A program made the translations under genes and the position numbers. A stretch of 39,625 nt of DNA from a virus (Duplodnaviria > Caudoviricetes): IMG/VR virus record IMGVR_UViG_3300033417_000029, positions 1 to 39,625 of that record; one strand, written 5' to 3'. Shown here piece after piece: positions 1 to 8,976 of this stretch. The notes under the pieces are model-generated. The model saw nothing but the letters and a program-made list of their open reading frames with translations. It made no database searches and was not told the origin of the DNA. The stretch's first letter is position 1; every line of letters starts with the position of its first letter.

Positions 1-203
1 GAAATCGGTCGGTTGCAAGCTAGCTGTTAGTCCCACGCGTGAGGGCTTTAACGACCGCAAATTCTTTCTTGAGCGACATCCGCTAACAAGGAAGGACTAC
101 GGGCAGCGCCTTGACGTCGAAGCCAATATAAAACAAGAGCTGGGGGTCAGCGACAGCTTGGCCCGGCTGCTGGATACGTTAAGCAAATTCCAGAGCAGCA
201 GCG
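1..203. repeat. Terminal direct repeat, left copy (circular assembly overlap or terminal redundancy)
   Basis: 1-203 matches 39423-39625 except at positions 58 (C vs A) and 76 (A vs C). Confidence 0.95.
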
Positions 204-247
204 CGCCGCGCCAAGTAACTGTGTCAAAAGACTACGAAATTCTGTAA
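1..247 (+). CDS. terS: Terminase small subunit, C-terminal part (ORF begins at 39112 and crosses the junction)
   Basis: The frame continues from 39112 through the overlap and ends ...DRKFFLERHPLTRKDYGQR...KDYEIL, stop TAA at 245-247. Lies directly upstream of TerL. Confidence 0.7.
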   Translation, partial: KSVGCKLAVSPTREGFNDRKFFLERHPLTRKDYGQRLDVEANIKQELGVSDSLARLLDTLSKFQSSSAPRQVTVSKDYEIL

Positions 248-507
248 ACAAATTTAACAGGTTTACATAATGTTTTTTATAGGTGGATGGTGAAGGGAAG
301 AATTTGGTGTTAAAAGATTTAGCATCAAGCGCGTCAGGCCCGATTATATTACGCTCAAAAGTATTGTTGTCGGGGCCACACCAGATGTTAGGGAAATTGG
401 GTGTGTCATGCTCGACCCCGGGTGTGCCCAAAACGCGGCGGAGCAAGAGAGCTGGGGCCGGGTTAACGTTATGTCAGGGCCTGATTATTTTTTAGACAGG
501 TGAGTCG

Positions 508-2202
508 ATGTATTGGTACCTTGATCGTGAAGAGCCTTCAGAAGTATTAAAACGTTTGTCGCGTTTGGAGGAGACGGGTGCTCTTTACAAGTTGAAAGAT
601 GAAGAGAAGATAGAGCTGGCAACGCACGTAATGAATTTGGAGTCGGCGTCTGGGAAGAATTTTTACCAGCCGAATGAGAAAGAGCGTAAATTTTTTTTGG
701 CACCTTTTAGGGTAAAGGGGATAAGCGGTGGAAATAGGAGTGGTAAGACGGCGACCTTGGTATTGGATGCAGTAATGCAGTTGGAGGGTTGGCATCCTTT
801 ACAGAAGGCGAATTTGCTATTTTTATCTGAGAATGCGAAAGCCGTCTGGGTGAGAGACGTTTGCAAACGAATATTGGATGATGGTTATTGGATAAAGTCA
901 CCGCCGGTTTATGGGAGAGTGATAACGGAAGATTACCCGAACTATGTGAATAAAGTGGTTGGTCCTGAGATACATAAGTGGGCAACGAGTACAGATGTAA
1001 AGAAGATTGGTTTTGACGTAGAGCGTGATCGTGTAGATTTGTGGAAGAATGGCTCGAAGCTGGAGTATCTGACTTACTCACAGCCGACGGAAGCGCACGC
1101 GGGTTCAGCCCGAGACTTTATCTATGCGGATGAAGAACCACCGCGTGATATCTGGATCGAATCGGGTATGCGAACGATATCGACAAATGGAAGGCGAACG
1201 ATAGGAATGACGGCTGTAAATGGGGTGACGTGGACGGAAGAAGATATTTGGCAGCCTGGCTTAAAGAAGCAAGGAGGAGTCTATGCTATTGAGATGACAA
1301 GTTATGACAACCCGATGAATTCCTCGGAGATAATCGATGAGATAAAGAGTCATTGTTTTGATGCGGTAGAAATAGCGATCCGGATTTATGGCAAGCGTCA
1401 GGCCAGGGGTGGATTGGTATTGAAGACATTTTCGGTGAAAGACATGATTGAGCCTTTTGAATTACCTGAATCATGTGATTTAATAGTGGCAATCGATCCG
1501 CACCCTGTAACCCCGCATGCGGTATTATTCGCGTGGGTAGATTACGATGGGTTGTATCATAGCATAATCGATGAAAAACCAAACATATATTTTGTGAGTG
1601 GTTTTTTTAAGACTGGTCATATACCTGGGTTAGTTTCCTTGATCAGGGAACGCGAGAAATTACTTGGTCGTTCTCACGACATATGCTTATGTGACCCTTC
1701 TGCGTGGAATGAAAATCAGAAAGACAGGTACGAAAAATCAGTTGCCGACCAACTACTGGAGGAAGATTTGGTTCCGCTGAAGGGTTCGAAGGACTTGAGC
1801 GGAGGCATATTGAAAATGAATGAGATGTTTGCGGTGGAGATGTCTTATGACGGCGAACAGACGAAAACGCGTGAGCACCCACAGGCTTTTATTTTTCAAG
1901 ATGAATTTGTTTTACAACCCAGACGCGATGATTCGATACAGCGGTTGAAATGGGAATTTTTAAATTGGCGGTGGCCAAATCCCAATCAGAATATGAATAT
2001 GGGCAATAGAATCAGACGGCCCATAGACAGAGATGATCATATGGCTGAGTGCGCGAGAAGGATATGCGAATTTGTTTACGACAGCAGAGTTGAGCCGTTG
2101 CCCATGGACCCAGATTGGATGACAAAAAAAGTCAGGCTTGGGAATGGTGCTGTCGTAGATTTCAGTAATGCAGTTACGAATGAACTGGAAGTTGGTTTGT
2201 AA
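508..2202 (+). CDS. terL: Terminase large subunit
   Basis: Walker A-like GGNRSGKT, Walker B FIYADEEP, coupling motif MT, nuclease motifs VAIDPH and DDHMAEC; 564 aa; precedes the portal. Confidence 0.93.
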   Translation: MYWYLDREEPSEVLKRLSRLEETGALYKLKDEEKIELATHVMNLESASGKNFYQPNEKERKFFLAPFRVKGISGGNRSGKTATLVLDAVMQLEGWHPLQKANLLFLSENAKAVWVRDVCKRILDDGYWIKSPPVYGRVITEDYPNYVNKVVGPEIHKWATSTDVKKIGFDVERDRVDLWKNGSKLEYLTYSQPTEAHAGSARDFIYADEEPPRDIWIESGMRTISTNGRRTIGMTAVNGVTWTEEDIWQPGLKKQGGVYAIEMTSYDNPMNSSEIIDEIKSHCFDAVEIAIRIYGKRQARGGLVLKTFSVKDMIEPFELPESCDLIVAIDPHPVTPHAVLFAWVDYDGLYHSIIDEKPNIYFVSGFFKTGHIPGLVSLIREREKLLGRSHDICLCDPSAWNENQKDRYEKSVADQLLEEDLVPLKGSKDLSGGILKMNEMFAVEMSYDGEQTKTREHPQAFIFQDEFVLQPRRDDSIQRLKWEFLNWRWPNPNQNMNMGNRIRRPIDRDDHMAECARRICEFVYDSRVEPLPMDPDWMTKKVRLGNGAVVDFSNAVTNELEVGL

Positions 2203-2384
2203 TGGAAATTTATCCATTTGTGTATATAATTTTCACATTGAGCCTATGCTTTGCAAGCTTAATCGTTGGTGTCAGGATCGGACAAAAGGCTGGGTCAGGC
2301 GGAATGGTGTCTATGCCAGACCCGGTAGAGTTGGAAGCAGAAGAAGAAGCAGATATAAACCCGGAGTGGGCTGGTGACAGGTAG
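2202..2384 (+). CDS. Small membrane protein
   Basis: TAATG overlap with terL; N-terminal hydrophobic helix and acidic tail. Confidence 0.6.
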   Translation: MEIYPFVYIIFTLSLCFASLIVGVRIGQKAGSGGMVSMPDPVELEAEEEADINPEWAGDR

Positions 2385-4272
2385 AAGAATAGACGAAGAT
2401 TCACAATCCGGATTAGCGATAGGCATGAAATATCTCGAGGCCGGGCTAGATGGATTAAAGTCTGAAAAGATCGTAGCTAACGCCCGCAAATTTGATCGTT
2501 ATTATCGCGGCATTCACGCCATTAGCCAGCGCAACGTTTTGCTGGGGAACAAGCCCTACAACCGGCTTGCCGAGGGAATAGATCAGCTTTTGGCCCGCAT
2601 GACGAATACGCATATAAAGTTTTATTTTCATCCCCAGGAAGATTTGGACAGCTTTAGTGCGCAGGCTCTGAATGAGATAATTGGGGATGTCGTCTGGGAT
2701 TATATCAAATGGGATGATAAAAGCGAAGATTCTATTCTGGAAGCGTTCGCAGTAGGAAGCAGCCACATACGTGGTGAAGTAGATGACAATTTTTACCCAA
2801 ACTTTAGTGTTTGGCCTGCCGGGTCAACGATCCCTGACCCAGATGCAAAGTCGAAAGAAGATTGTAACTTCATTATCTGGGTTTCTGAATCTACTCCTCG
2901 TACTGTAAAAGAAAATTATGGAATAAAATTAAGTGCTGGTGCTGGTGTTGATTATGAATCCGACCCGAACGAAGTGATGAAAAGCTGGGAAGATGCCGGC
3001 AGAAGCAAGGCACCAGTATTCTCAGAACTGGAAACTGATAGCAGACGTAGCCCACATTTCCCAAAAGTAATAGTTTATGAAATATGGATGGAAGACGAGC
3101 GTATGGTTCCCATTGCCTTCGATCAAACAGAAATAGACGATGAGCACGCCGCCATCGCCCAGTTGAAGGGTGCCGATGTTTTTGATCAACAGAACCATCC
3201 TCGCCATATCAAAGAGCATAGGCTTTTTATCGAGACTCTGGATCAGGAAACAGACACGGATTTAATTGCAGAGATAGAAGCCCACATTGAAGCGCACAAT
3301 CAATTCCCGCCTGACCTTAAACGTCGGAAATATCCTTATGGCAGAATAATTACAATAGCCGAAGGAAAGCTTCTTAGAGACGAACCCTTCCCCGAGGAAC
3401 GGCATTGGCGGAATATGTATGTCAAATGGGACTGGTTGAAACAACGAAATAAATATTGGGGCAAACCCGGGGCAACTGATGCCTACCCAATTCAGGATGA
3501 TATAAACTTCAGGAAAAATGCAATTACCCAGAACATCAACCTGCTTTTGAATGGAGTACGTAAAATCGGGCCGTCACTGCATAAAAAATTGTCTCAATTT
3601 ACTAATTTAATCGGTTTAAATGTACCGGTACAACGGCCTGATGATTTTACAGTGGATATGGGGAAGCCCTTGCCTTCTACACATCATATCGATTTGGCGC
3701 ATTCAGAACAAAGTCTCGACAGGATACTGAAAAGAACGGACGTTCTATCCGGGAACCTGCCTGCTGCGGGCACGGCAAATGTAACAATCGAGACATTGAT
3801 TGAGCAAGCTTCGGTTGCCGGGTCTACACCACTGAAGCATTACTCTCAGGCTTTGAAGGAAATGGCAAGAATTGCTATTTACCTGATGCAGAGATACATG
3901 CCGCAAGCAACTGTATTCGACATTATCAATAACGAAGAAAAAACAGGAAATGTGTCATGGGCTGGCTTTGCCGATAATGCGGGATTAAAAGATATCAGGA
4001 TTTCGGTAAAAGCCTTTAGATTTTCAAGAGAAAAAGATTTCCAGTTTGCTTTGCAAATGTATCAGGCTGGGCTGTATGATCGGCAGGCTGTATATGACAC
4101 CATCGATGACCCCAACAAATATGCCATAGCAAAGCGCATGGATGAAATCGATAGACTCTCACAAATAGTAGAAATTCAAAATGAAAAAATCGAAGACCTC
4201 ACGAAAGCAATCAATACCCAGGCGAACAGAACCCAGGGGCAAGATGGTGCTGGTAATACCGCCATCGCCTGA
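2374..4272 (+). CDS. Portal protein (P22-like podovirus type)
   Basis: 632 aa between TerL and scaffold; motifs KYPYGRIITIAEGKLLRDEP, YWG..A...IQDDIN and a helical C-terminus typical of portals. Confidence 0.85.
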   Translation: MTGRRIDEDSQSGLAIGMKYLEAGLDGLKSEKIVANARKFDRYYRGIHAISQRNVLLGNKPYNRLAEGIDQLLARMTNTHIKFYFHPQEDLDSFSAQALNEIIGDVVWDYIKWDDKSEDSILEAFAVGSSHIRGEVDDNFYPNFSVWPAGSTIPDPDAKSKEDCNFIIWVSESTPRTVKENYGIKLSAGAGVDYESDPNEVMKSWEDAGRSKAPVFSELETDSRRSPHFPKVIVYEIWMEDERMVPIAFDQTEIDDEHAAIAQLKGADVFDQQNHPRHIKEHRLFIETLDQETDTDLIAEIEAHIEAHNQFPPDLKRRKYPYGRIITIAEGKLLRDEPFPEERHWRNMYVKWDWLKQRNKYWGKPGATDAYPIQDDINFRKNAITQNINLLLNGVRKIGPSLHKKLSQFTNLIGLNVPVQRPDDFTVDMGKPLPSTHHIDLAHSEQSLDRILKRTDVLSGNLPAAGTANVTIETLIEQASVAGSTPLKHYSQALKEMARIAIYLMQRYMPQATVFDIINNEEKTGNVSWAGFADNAGLKDIRISVKAFRFSREKDFQFALQMYQAGLYDRQAVYDTIDDPNKYAIAKRMDEIDRLSQIVEIQNEKIEDLTKAINTQANRTQGQDGAGNTAIA

Positions 4273-4534
4273 CAAAGCAACTACTACAGTACCTGTTATT
4301 ACTGACGTAGCATTGAAAACCAATGCTACGGAAGCGTCTACTCCACAACCTGTGGTTTTACCTGAAGTCAATACCAGAACCTTTTTGCTCTGGGCTGCGA
4401 GATTACGTACAGGGCACCTTGGCATGGCCCCGGTTGTATTCGCCTTACAAATGGTGTCCAATTCAATACATGAAAATGGTCAACCTGTGTCTCAATCACG
4501 GGCACAGGAATTAATGAGTTCAGTTTTGAAATAA
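4181..4534 (+). CDS. Hypothetical protein, start uncertain, overlapping the portal 3' end
   Basis: ORF fills the portal-scaffold gap. Confidence 0.5.
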   Translation: MKKSKTSRKQSIPRRTEPRGKMVLVIPPSPDKATTTVPVITDVALKTNATEASTPQPVVLPEVNTRTFLLWAARLRTGHLGMAPVVFALQMVSNSIHENGQPVSQSRAQELMSSVLK

Positions 4535-4547
4535 ACAGGAGTTACAA

Positions 4548-5282
4548 ATGAGCGAACCCGCTGAAACAAACAACCCTGATGGCGCTGCTACCGGCAACCC
4601 TGAGGGCGCTGTTCTGAAATTCAAGGTCGATGGTGAAGAAAAAGAATTTGATTTGAGCAATCCCGAACACAAGCAGGAACTGGTGAGGTTGGCCCAATAC
4701 GGTGGAGGCTTCAAACAACAAATGCAGGAACTGGGTGCCACTCGAAACGAAGCAAAACAGTACCGCGAAGCCGTCGAAACCTGGAACAAACTCATTGTCG
4801 ATGCACGAGCAGGTGACAAAGAAGCCCTGGCAAAGATCAATGAAAGCCTTGGTTTTGAATTGAAAAAGGAAGAAATCGATGCCGACCCCGCTTTACAGGA
4901 AATCAAATCGCTGAAACAACAAATCGCAGATATCCAGAAGGGCATCAGCACAAATGCTGAAGCCAAACAAATTCAGGAAATCAAAGCAGATTTGGCGGAC
5001 ATGGAAGCCAACAAGAAGAAATACCCTTTTTTCAATGCCGAACAAGTACTACAAAAAGCCACTGAACTTGGCATCAGGGATTTCGATGTTGCTTACAAAG
5101 CCCTTTACCATGACAAGCATTTGGAACTCGCGATAAAACAACTTAAAAATCCCAATCGCCCTTTTTACGAGGGAAAATCGAAGCCCATTGTATCTACACC
5201 TCACAAATACAAAAGTATGAAAGAAGTGCAGAAGAACTTGGGCAAGATTCTCGATGAAGGCGAATACCAATTCTTACAATAA
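4548..5282 (+). CDS. Capsid scaffolding protein
   Basis: AGGAG RBS; acidic N-terminus, KFKVDGEEKE motif and coiled coil; immediately upstream of the MCP. Confidence 0.75.
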   Translation: MSEPAETNNPDGAATGNPEGAVLKFKVDGEEKEFDLSNPEHKQELVRLAQYGGGFKQQMQELGATRNEAKQYREAVETWNKLIVDARAGDKEALAKINESLGFELKKEEIDADPALQEIKSLKQQIADIQKGISTNAEAKQIQEIKADLADMEANKKKYPFFNAEQVLQKATELGIRDFDVAYKALYHDKHLELAIKQLKNPNRPFYEGKSKPIVSTPHKYKSMKEVQKNLGKILDEGEYQFLQ

Positions 5283-5295
5283 TTGAAGGTGTAAT

Positions 5296-6318
5296 ATGCC
5301 TGTACCAAGTCAAACAATTAATTATGACAGCATCAGAACATTCGTACAAGATCAGTTGATGCCGTCGTTCCCCGACCAGATTTTCGAGGAGTCTGCCCTT
5401 TCGAAGATGATGATGATGGGCGATAAAATATCTCTGGACGGGAAGTACGTTGCTGGACAAAAAGGTGGGCAGTTTATTCAGCAACCGCTTGAATACGGAG
5501 AAACTGAAGCTGTCGGAACGTACGAAAATTATGAAACAGTCAGCATCCAGCCCGCCGATCCGTTCACGTCTGCTTTGTTCAAGACCATCAACTATTACGG
5601 CAGTGTGAGTATCAGCCACGATGAAATACTTGCCGTCAGTGGTGATCTTGCCATTGCAAACCTCGTGACCAAAAAGGTGGAAAATGTCCGCAAGAGTATG
5701 AAAAAGCAAATTGCGAAAGATTTGTACACCGGCACCGGAGTCAAATCAGTCGTGGGCCTGGATTTAGCAATTTCTGACACCGGTACTTATGGGAATATCC
5801 CGCGTACCAGTGACTATGAATGGTGGAAGGCCGGTGTCGATAGTGTTGCCCATACCACAGACAACATGAAAAATTCGCTGCACGCAAGTTATCTGTTGAC
5901 ATTACTCGCCAACGGGTTCGCGTTTACGAACCGGGCAAATGAACATTTCGACCTGTTATTGATGAGACAGGAAACCTGGGACACGTATGAGAATATCATA
6001 CAGACCCTGGGTTTGACTATCAATTCAAGTAGCAGTAAAATCGTGAAACAGATGGCTGATGCAGGTTTTCAAGCTTTCGAGTGGCGTGGTATTATGATGG
6101 TCGTCGATAATTTCATCGATTCCGTGGAGAAACCGATGTACGGCGTCAATACCAATTACCTGACACTGTACGTTCATCCACAAAACAATTTCATTATGAC
6201 CCCATTCAAAGAATCACAAGACCAGCCACATACAAAAGTAGCGCAGATCACAGCGAAGCTGGGCCTGGCGATCTCTAATCCGAGCCATTTCTATCGGTGG
6301 TCTAATTTGAACAATTAA
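5296..6318 (+). CDS. Major capsid protein (HK97 fold)
   Basis: 340 aa after the scaffold; GG..IQQPLEY, G.Y..YE, GF....WRGI.MVVD and YGVNT.YL motifs typical of podovirus MCPs. Confidence 0.88.
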   Translation: MPVPSQTINYDSIRTFVQDQLMPSFPDQIFEESALSKMMMMGDKISLDGKYVAGQKGGQFIQQPLEYGETEAVGTYENYETVSIQPADPFTSALFKTINYYGSVSISHDEILAVSGDLAIANLVTKKVENVRKSMKKQIAKDLYTGTGVKSVVGLDLAISDTGTYGNIPRTSDYEWWKAGVDSVAHTTDNMKNSLHASYLLTLLANGFAFTNRANEHFDLLLMRQETWDTYENIIQTLGLTINSSSSKIVKQMADAGFQAFEWRGIMMVVDNFIDSVEKPMYGVNTNYLTLYVHPQNNFIMTPFKESQDQPHTKVAQITAKLGLAISNPSHFYRWSNLNN

Positions 6319-6346
6319 GGTACAACAGGTACCAAAGGAGTAAATT

Positions 6347-7108
6347 ATGGATATGTTAAGTAAGGGCTATCCAGCCCCGGGATTCGGTTTGAAGAGCCAT
6401 GCCAAACGCATGCATGAATTGGGTACAAGGGTTGTCAGTATTCGTGGGAATCTCTATGAATACGTGAAAGCCAATGAAGCCCTGACTCATGGTGATGTTA
6501 TCACCGCCGTCGCTAAGGGCGCCTGGGACTCAGGCATCTTGGCGGATGGCGCTATAGCCGTTGCCGATAACGCAACAAAAATTCATGTCGATACGATAAC
6601 AACCGCAAAAGCTGACAGTTTCTATTCCGGTTCTTTTCTGTCTCAGGCAACTACGACAGCAAAAGGCAGAGAATATAAGATCCGTTCACACCAGGACTTT
6701 CTTGCTTCTGGCGAAGCAGATGTGTATCTGTATGACGTTATCGATGAAGTCTTTGCCGACAACGTTGCCCTTTTGATCTTCAACCCGCACATTGTTGAAC
6801 AGATCGATGGTGTAGCCGAAGTCGTTAAGGGTGTAGCTGCCCACGATATCACAAGTGGAGAATATGGCTGGGTTCAAGTAGGTGGCCATATTCCCAGGAT
6901 AAAAGCAGGACACAGTACTTCCGCGGCAATTGTCATCAACGAACCACTGGTTCCAATCGGTAGTGGTAACGCCGCTGCAGTGATGGGATTTGCGGCGTCA
7001 ACTCCGAACGAAGCAGAAATTCTCACAATGGGGGCAACTCCGTTGTGGTCACTGCAAGCAGTCGCAGCGAATACGACTGGATTTGTTTCCGGCTTTATGC
7101 GCATGTAA
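6347..7108 (+). CDS. Capsid cement/decoration protein (putative)
   Basis: AAGGAG RBS; follows the MCP; LGT...GN.YEYVKA and GVA...I.SGEYGWVQV.G motifs seen in post-MCP cement proteins. Confidence 0.6.
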   Translation: MDMLSKGYPAPGFGLKSHAKRMHELGTRVVSIRGNLYEYVKANEALTHGDVITAVAKGAWDSGILADGAIAVADNATKIHVDTITTAKADSFYSGSFLSQATTTAKGREYKIRSHQDFLASGEADVYLYDVIDEVFADNVALLIFNPHIVEQIDGVAEVVKGVAAHDITSGEYGWVQVGGHIPRIKAGHSTSAAIVINEPLVPIGSGNAAAVMGFAASTPNEAEILTMGATPLWSLQAVAANTTGFVSGFMRM

Positions 7109-7114
7109 TTTATT

Positions 7115-7158
7115 ATCGATCTCTTGCCCAATAAATTCAGGGTAAGAGATCGATTTTT
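7115..7158 (+). terminator. Intrinsic terminator after the capsid genes
   Basis: ATCGATCTCTTGCCC / GGGTAAGAGATCGAT stem followed by a T-run. Confidence 0.75.
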
Positions 7159-7177
7159 AATTAATTAATGAAGAACC

Positions 7178-7714
7178 ATGAAGAAAATATTTGTATTTGC
7201 TATTATTGCAGGATTACTTGCTATAGCACAATATCCATATTACTATTCGATTTTCGTCAAGACCAAAGCTTTTTTCATGGAAGATGCGGAAGCGAGTTTT
7301 CGCGATACCGGAATTTACCTCAAATCTTCTACTGATGGCCAGCTCGATATTGTCTCTGATAATGAAGTTGAACTTACAGCCACAACTTTTGATGTTCACG
7401 CAGCAGCTCAGATATATGGAGACGTGACAATTAGTGGAAACTTGATTGCAGAAAGCAATTTCACAGTAGTCGATTTTTTGAATGGAGGTTCATTGCTGCG
7501 TGGCACCGGTACGTTCACAACCACCGCAGAAGTCGATACGACATTGATCAGCAGTCTGCTTGCAACGGATATTGTCGTTGTCAGTGGTGTTTATGTTGCC
7601 GGAGTCGATCAGCAAGATGTCCTTCAGGCAGAAGTAAAGGCTGATACATTGATTGTTCACAGGCTGGCTGCCGGTGAATCCGCAGGGGCATATTCTTATA
7701 TTATTATTCGATGA
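7178..7714 (+). CDS. Virion-module protein with a predicted signal peptide
   Basis: N-terminus MKKIFVFAIIAGLLAIA|Q; beta-rich body (FRDTGIYLKSSTDGQLDI). Confidence 0.7.
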   Translation: MKKIFVFAIIAGLLAIAQYPYYYSIFVKTKAFFMEDAEASFRDTGIYLKSSTDGQLDIVSDNEVELTATTFDVHAAAQIYGDVTISGNLIAESNFTVVDFLNGGSLLRGTGTFTTTAEVDTTLISSLLATDIVVVSGVYVAGVDQQDVLQAEVKADTLIVHRLAAGESAGAYSYIIIR

Positions 7715-8304
7715 CACAAGCAGAATCCAGAACATTGGTCAGGCAGGCAATTGACCAGACGGACACGACAAATACAGAATTCAGCAACGACGCCATAGAC
7801 GATGCCGTTGACTTCAGCAGGCGTGCGCTTGCCCGTATCCTGCCTGCTGAGTTTATGCCAAACCTCGAGGCGGAAGGACTGGTTTTAGATGTCGTCAGCG
7901 GTCGCGCGGCTTATCCGGCGGATTACATGCGCAGAAAGGAAAATAAAGAAGTTCTTGTCGATGTAGTGGTAGCTACAGAAATCAAAAAAGGTGATGAATG
8001 GCTGCTCAGGCATTTACAATCAAATGAACACATAGACGATTCATTTGAAGTTTATTACCGTGAACTCGGTTCACAGGGTATACAGGTGTATCCGGCAGGA
8101 TCGGCTAAAGTAACTTCATTCCCATATATCAAGTATCCGGGTACTCTGGATGGATCAAACAATACTGACTTACCGAAAGATATCGAAGATATGTCGATCG
8201 ATCTGGCAGTCGAGAAGCTCATGCGTTATCCACAAGGCAATCTCGATATCGCTTTGAGATTGGCCCAAGATCGGGGATATCGTATTCGGGAGATGATGAA
8301 ATGA
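7711..8304 (+). CDS. Head-tail adaptor-like protein
   Basis: ATGA overlap; MT..E.RT.VR N-terminus; position after the head genes. Confidence 0.6.
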   Translation: MTQAESRTLVRQAIDQTDTTNTEFSNDAIDDAVDFSRRALARILPAEFMPNLEAEGLVLDVVSGRAAYPADYMRRKENKEVLVDVVVATEIKKGDEWLLRHLQSNEHIDDSFEVYYRELGSQGIQVYPAGSAKVTSFPYIKYPGTLDGSNNTDLPKDIEDMSIDLAVEKLMRYPQGNLDIALRLAQDRGYRIREMMK

Positions 8305-8975
8305 CATTCAAGGAAATGCAGAATTTTGTCCTCGATGAAATCAAGGAATTGAACCAATACCCGGATGTACACAGAACCCGAATCAAATACTTGCTGAATC
8401 TGACTCACAAGGAACTGGCCCAGGAAACAATGATTTTGGAGAAAAGCATTACCAAAACCACCGTTGCCGATACCCTGGAATATACAGACACGGCTTTTGA
8501 CAATATCCTGCAAATCATTAGGGTCAGATACAAGCAACCATTGAGTTCAGAAAATGGTTATCTCTTGAAACCATATCCGGGGGGCTTTAGCTCTATTACC
8601 AGGGACCGAAGTTTCAGCACCAGGCCAAGCTGGTACTGGGTACGAAATCCACACAACAACAGCACAATGGCCATTGGGACGTGGCCGATTATTTCAGAGG
8701 ACAGTGGCAGCATCGTCATCGATTGCAATTATATCCCTGCCGATATGAGTGCGGATAGTGACAAGTCTGATTTTAAAGCCACGGCTGCCGGTATAATCTG
8801 GCGAAGGGTGGCCCGGGATCTCTACAAAGAATACTTGGATAAAAACCCGAGAGTGTATTCGGTGAAAATTCAAATTCTCGAAAATGATATTCAACGGGTG
8901 CTTGCAGCCCTGCTGAATAATACTGTCCTTGACAATTATGATCAATTTCCACAAACGCTTAACGTCTATATTTAA
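8301..8975 (+). CDS. Second adaptor-like protein
   Basis: ATGA overlap; MTFKEM N-terminus, LLN....EL, and PS.YW..IGTWP motif. Confidence 0.6.
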   Translation: MTFKEMQNFVLDEIKELNQYPDVHRTRIKYLLNLTHKELAQETMILEKSITKTTVADTLEYTDTAFDNILQIIRVRYKQPLSSENGYLLKPYPGGFSSITRDRSFSTRPSWYWVRNPHNNSTMAIGTWPIISEDSGSIVIDCNYIPADMSADSDKSDFKATAAGIIWRRVARDLYKEYLDKNPRVYSVKIQILENDIQRVLAALLNNTVLDNYDQFPQTLNVYI

Positions 8976-8976
8976 T

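Noticed and set aside
283-495. 70-aa ORF between terS and terL
   Set aside because: No recognisable features; the region is more plausibly non-coding packaging sequence.
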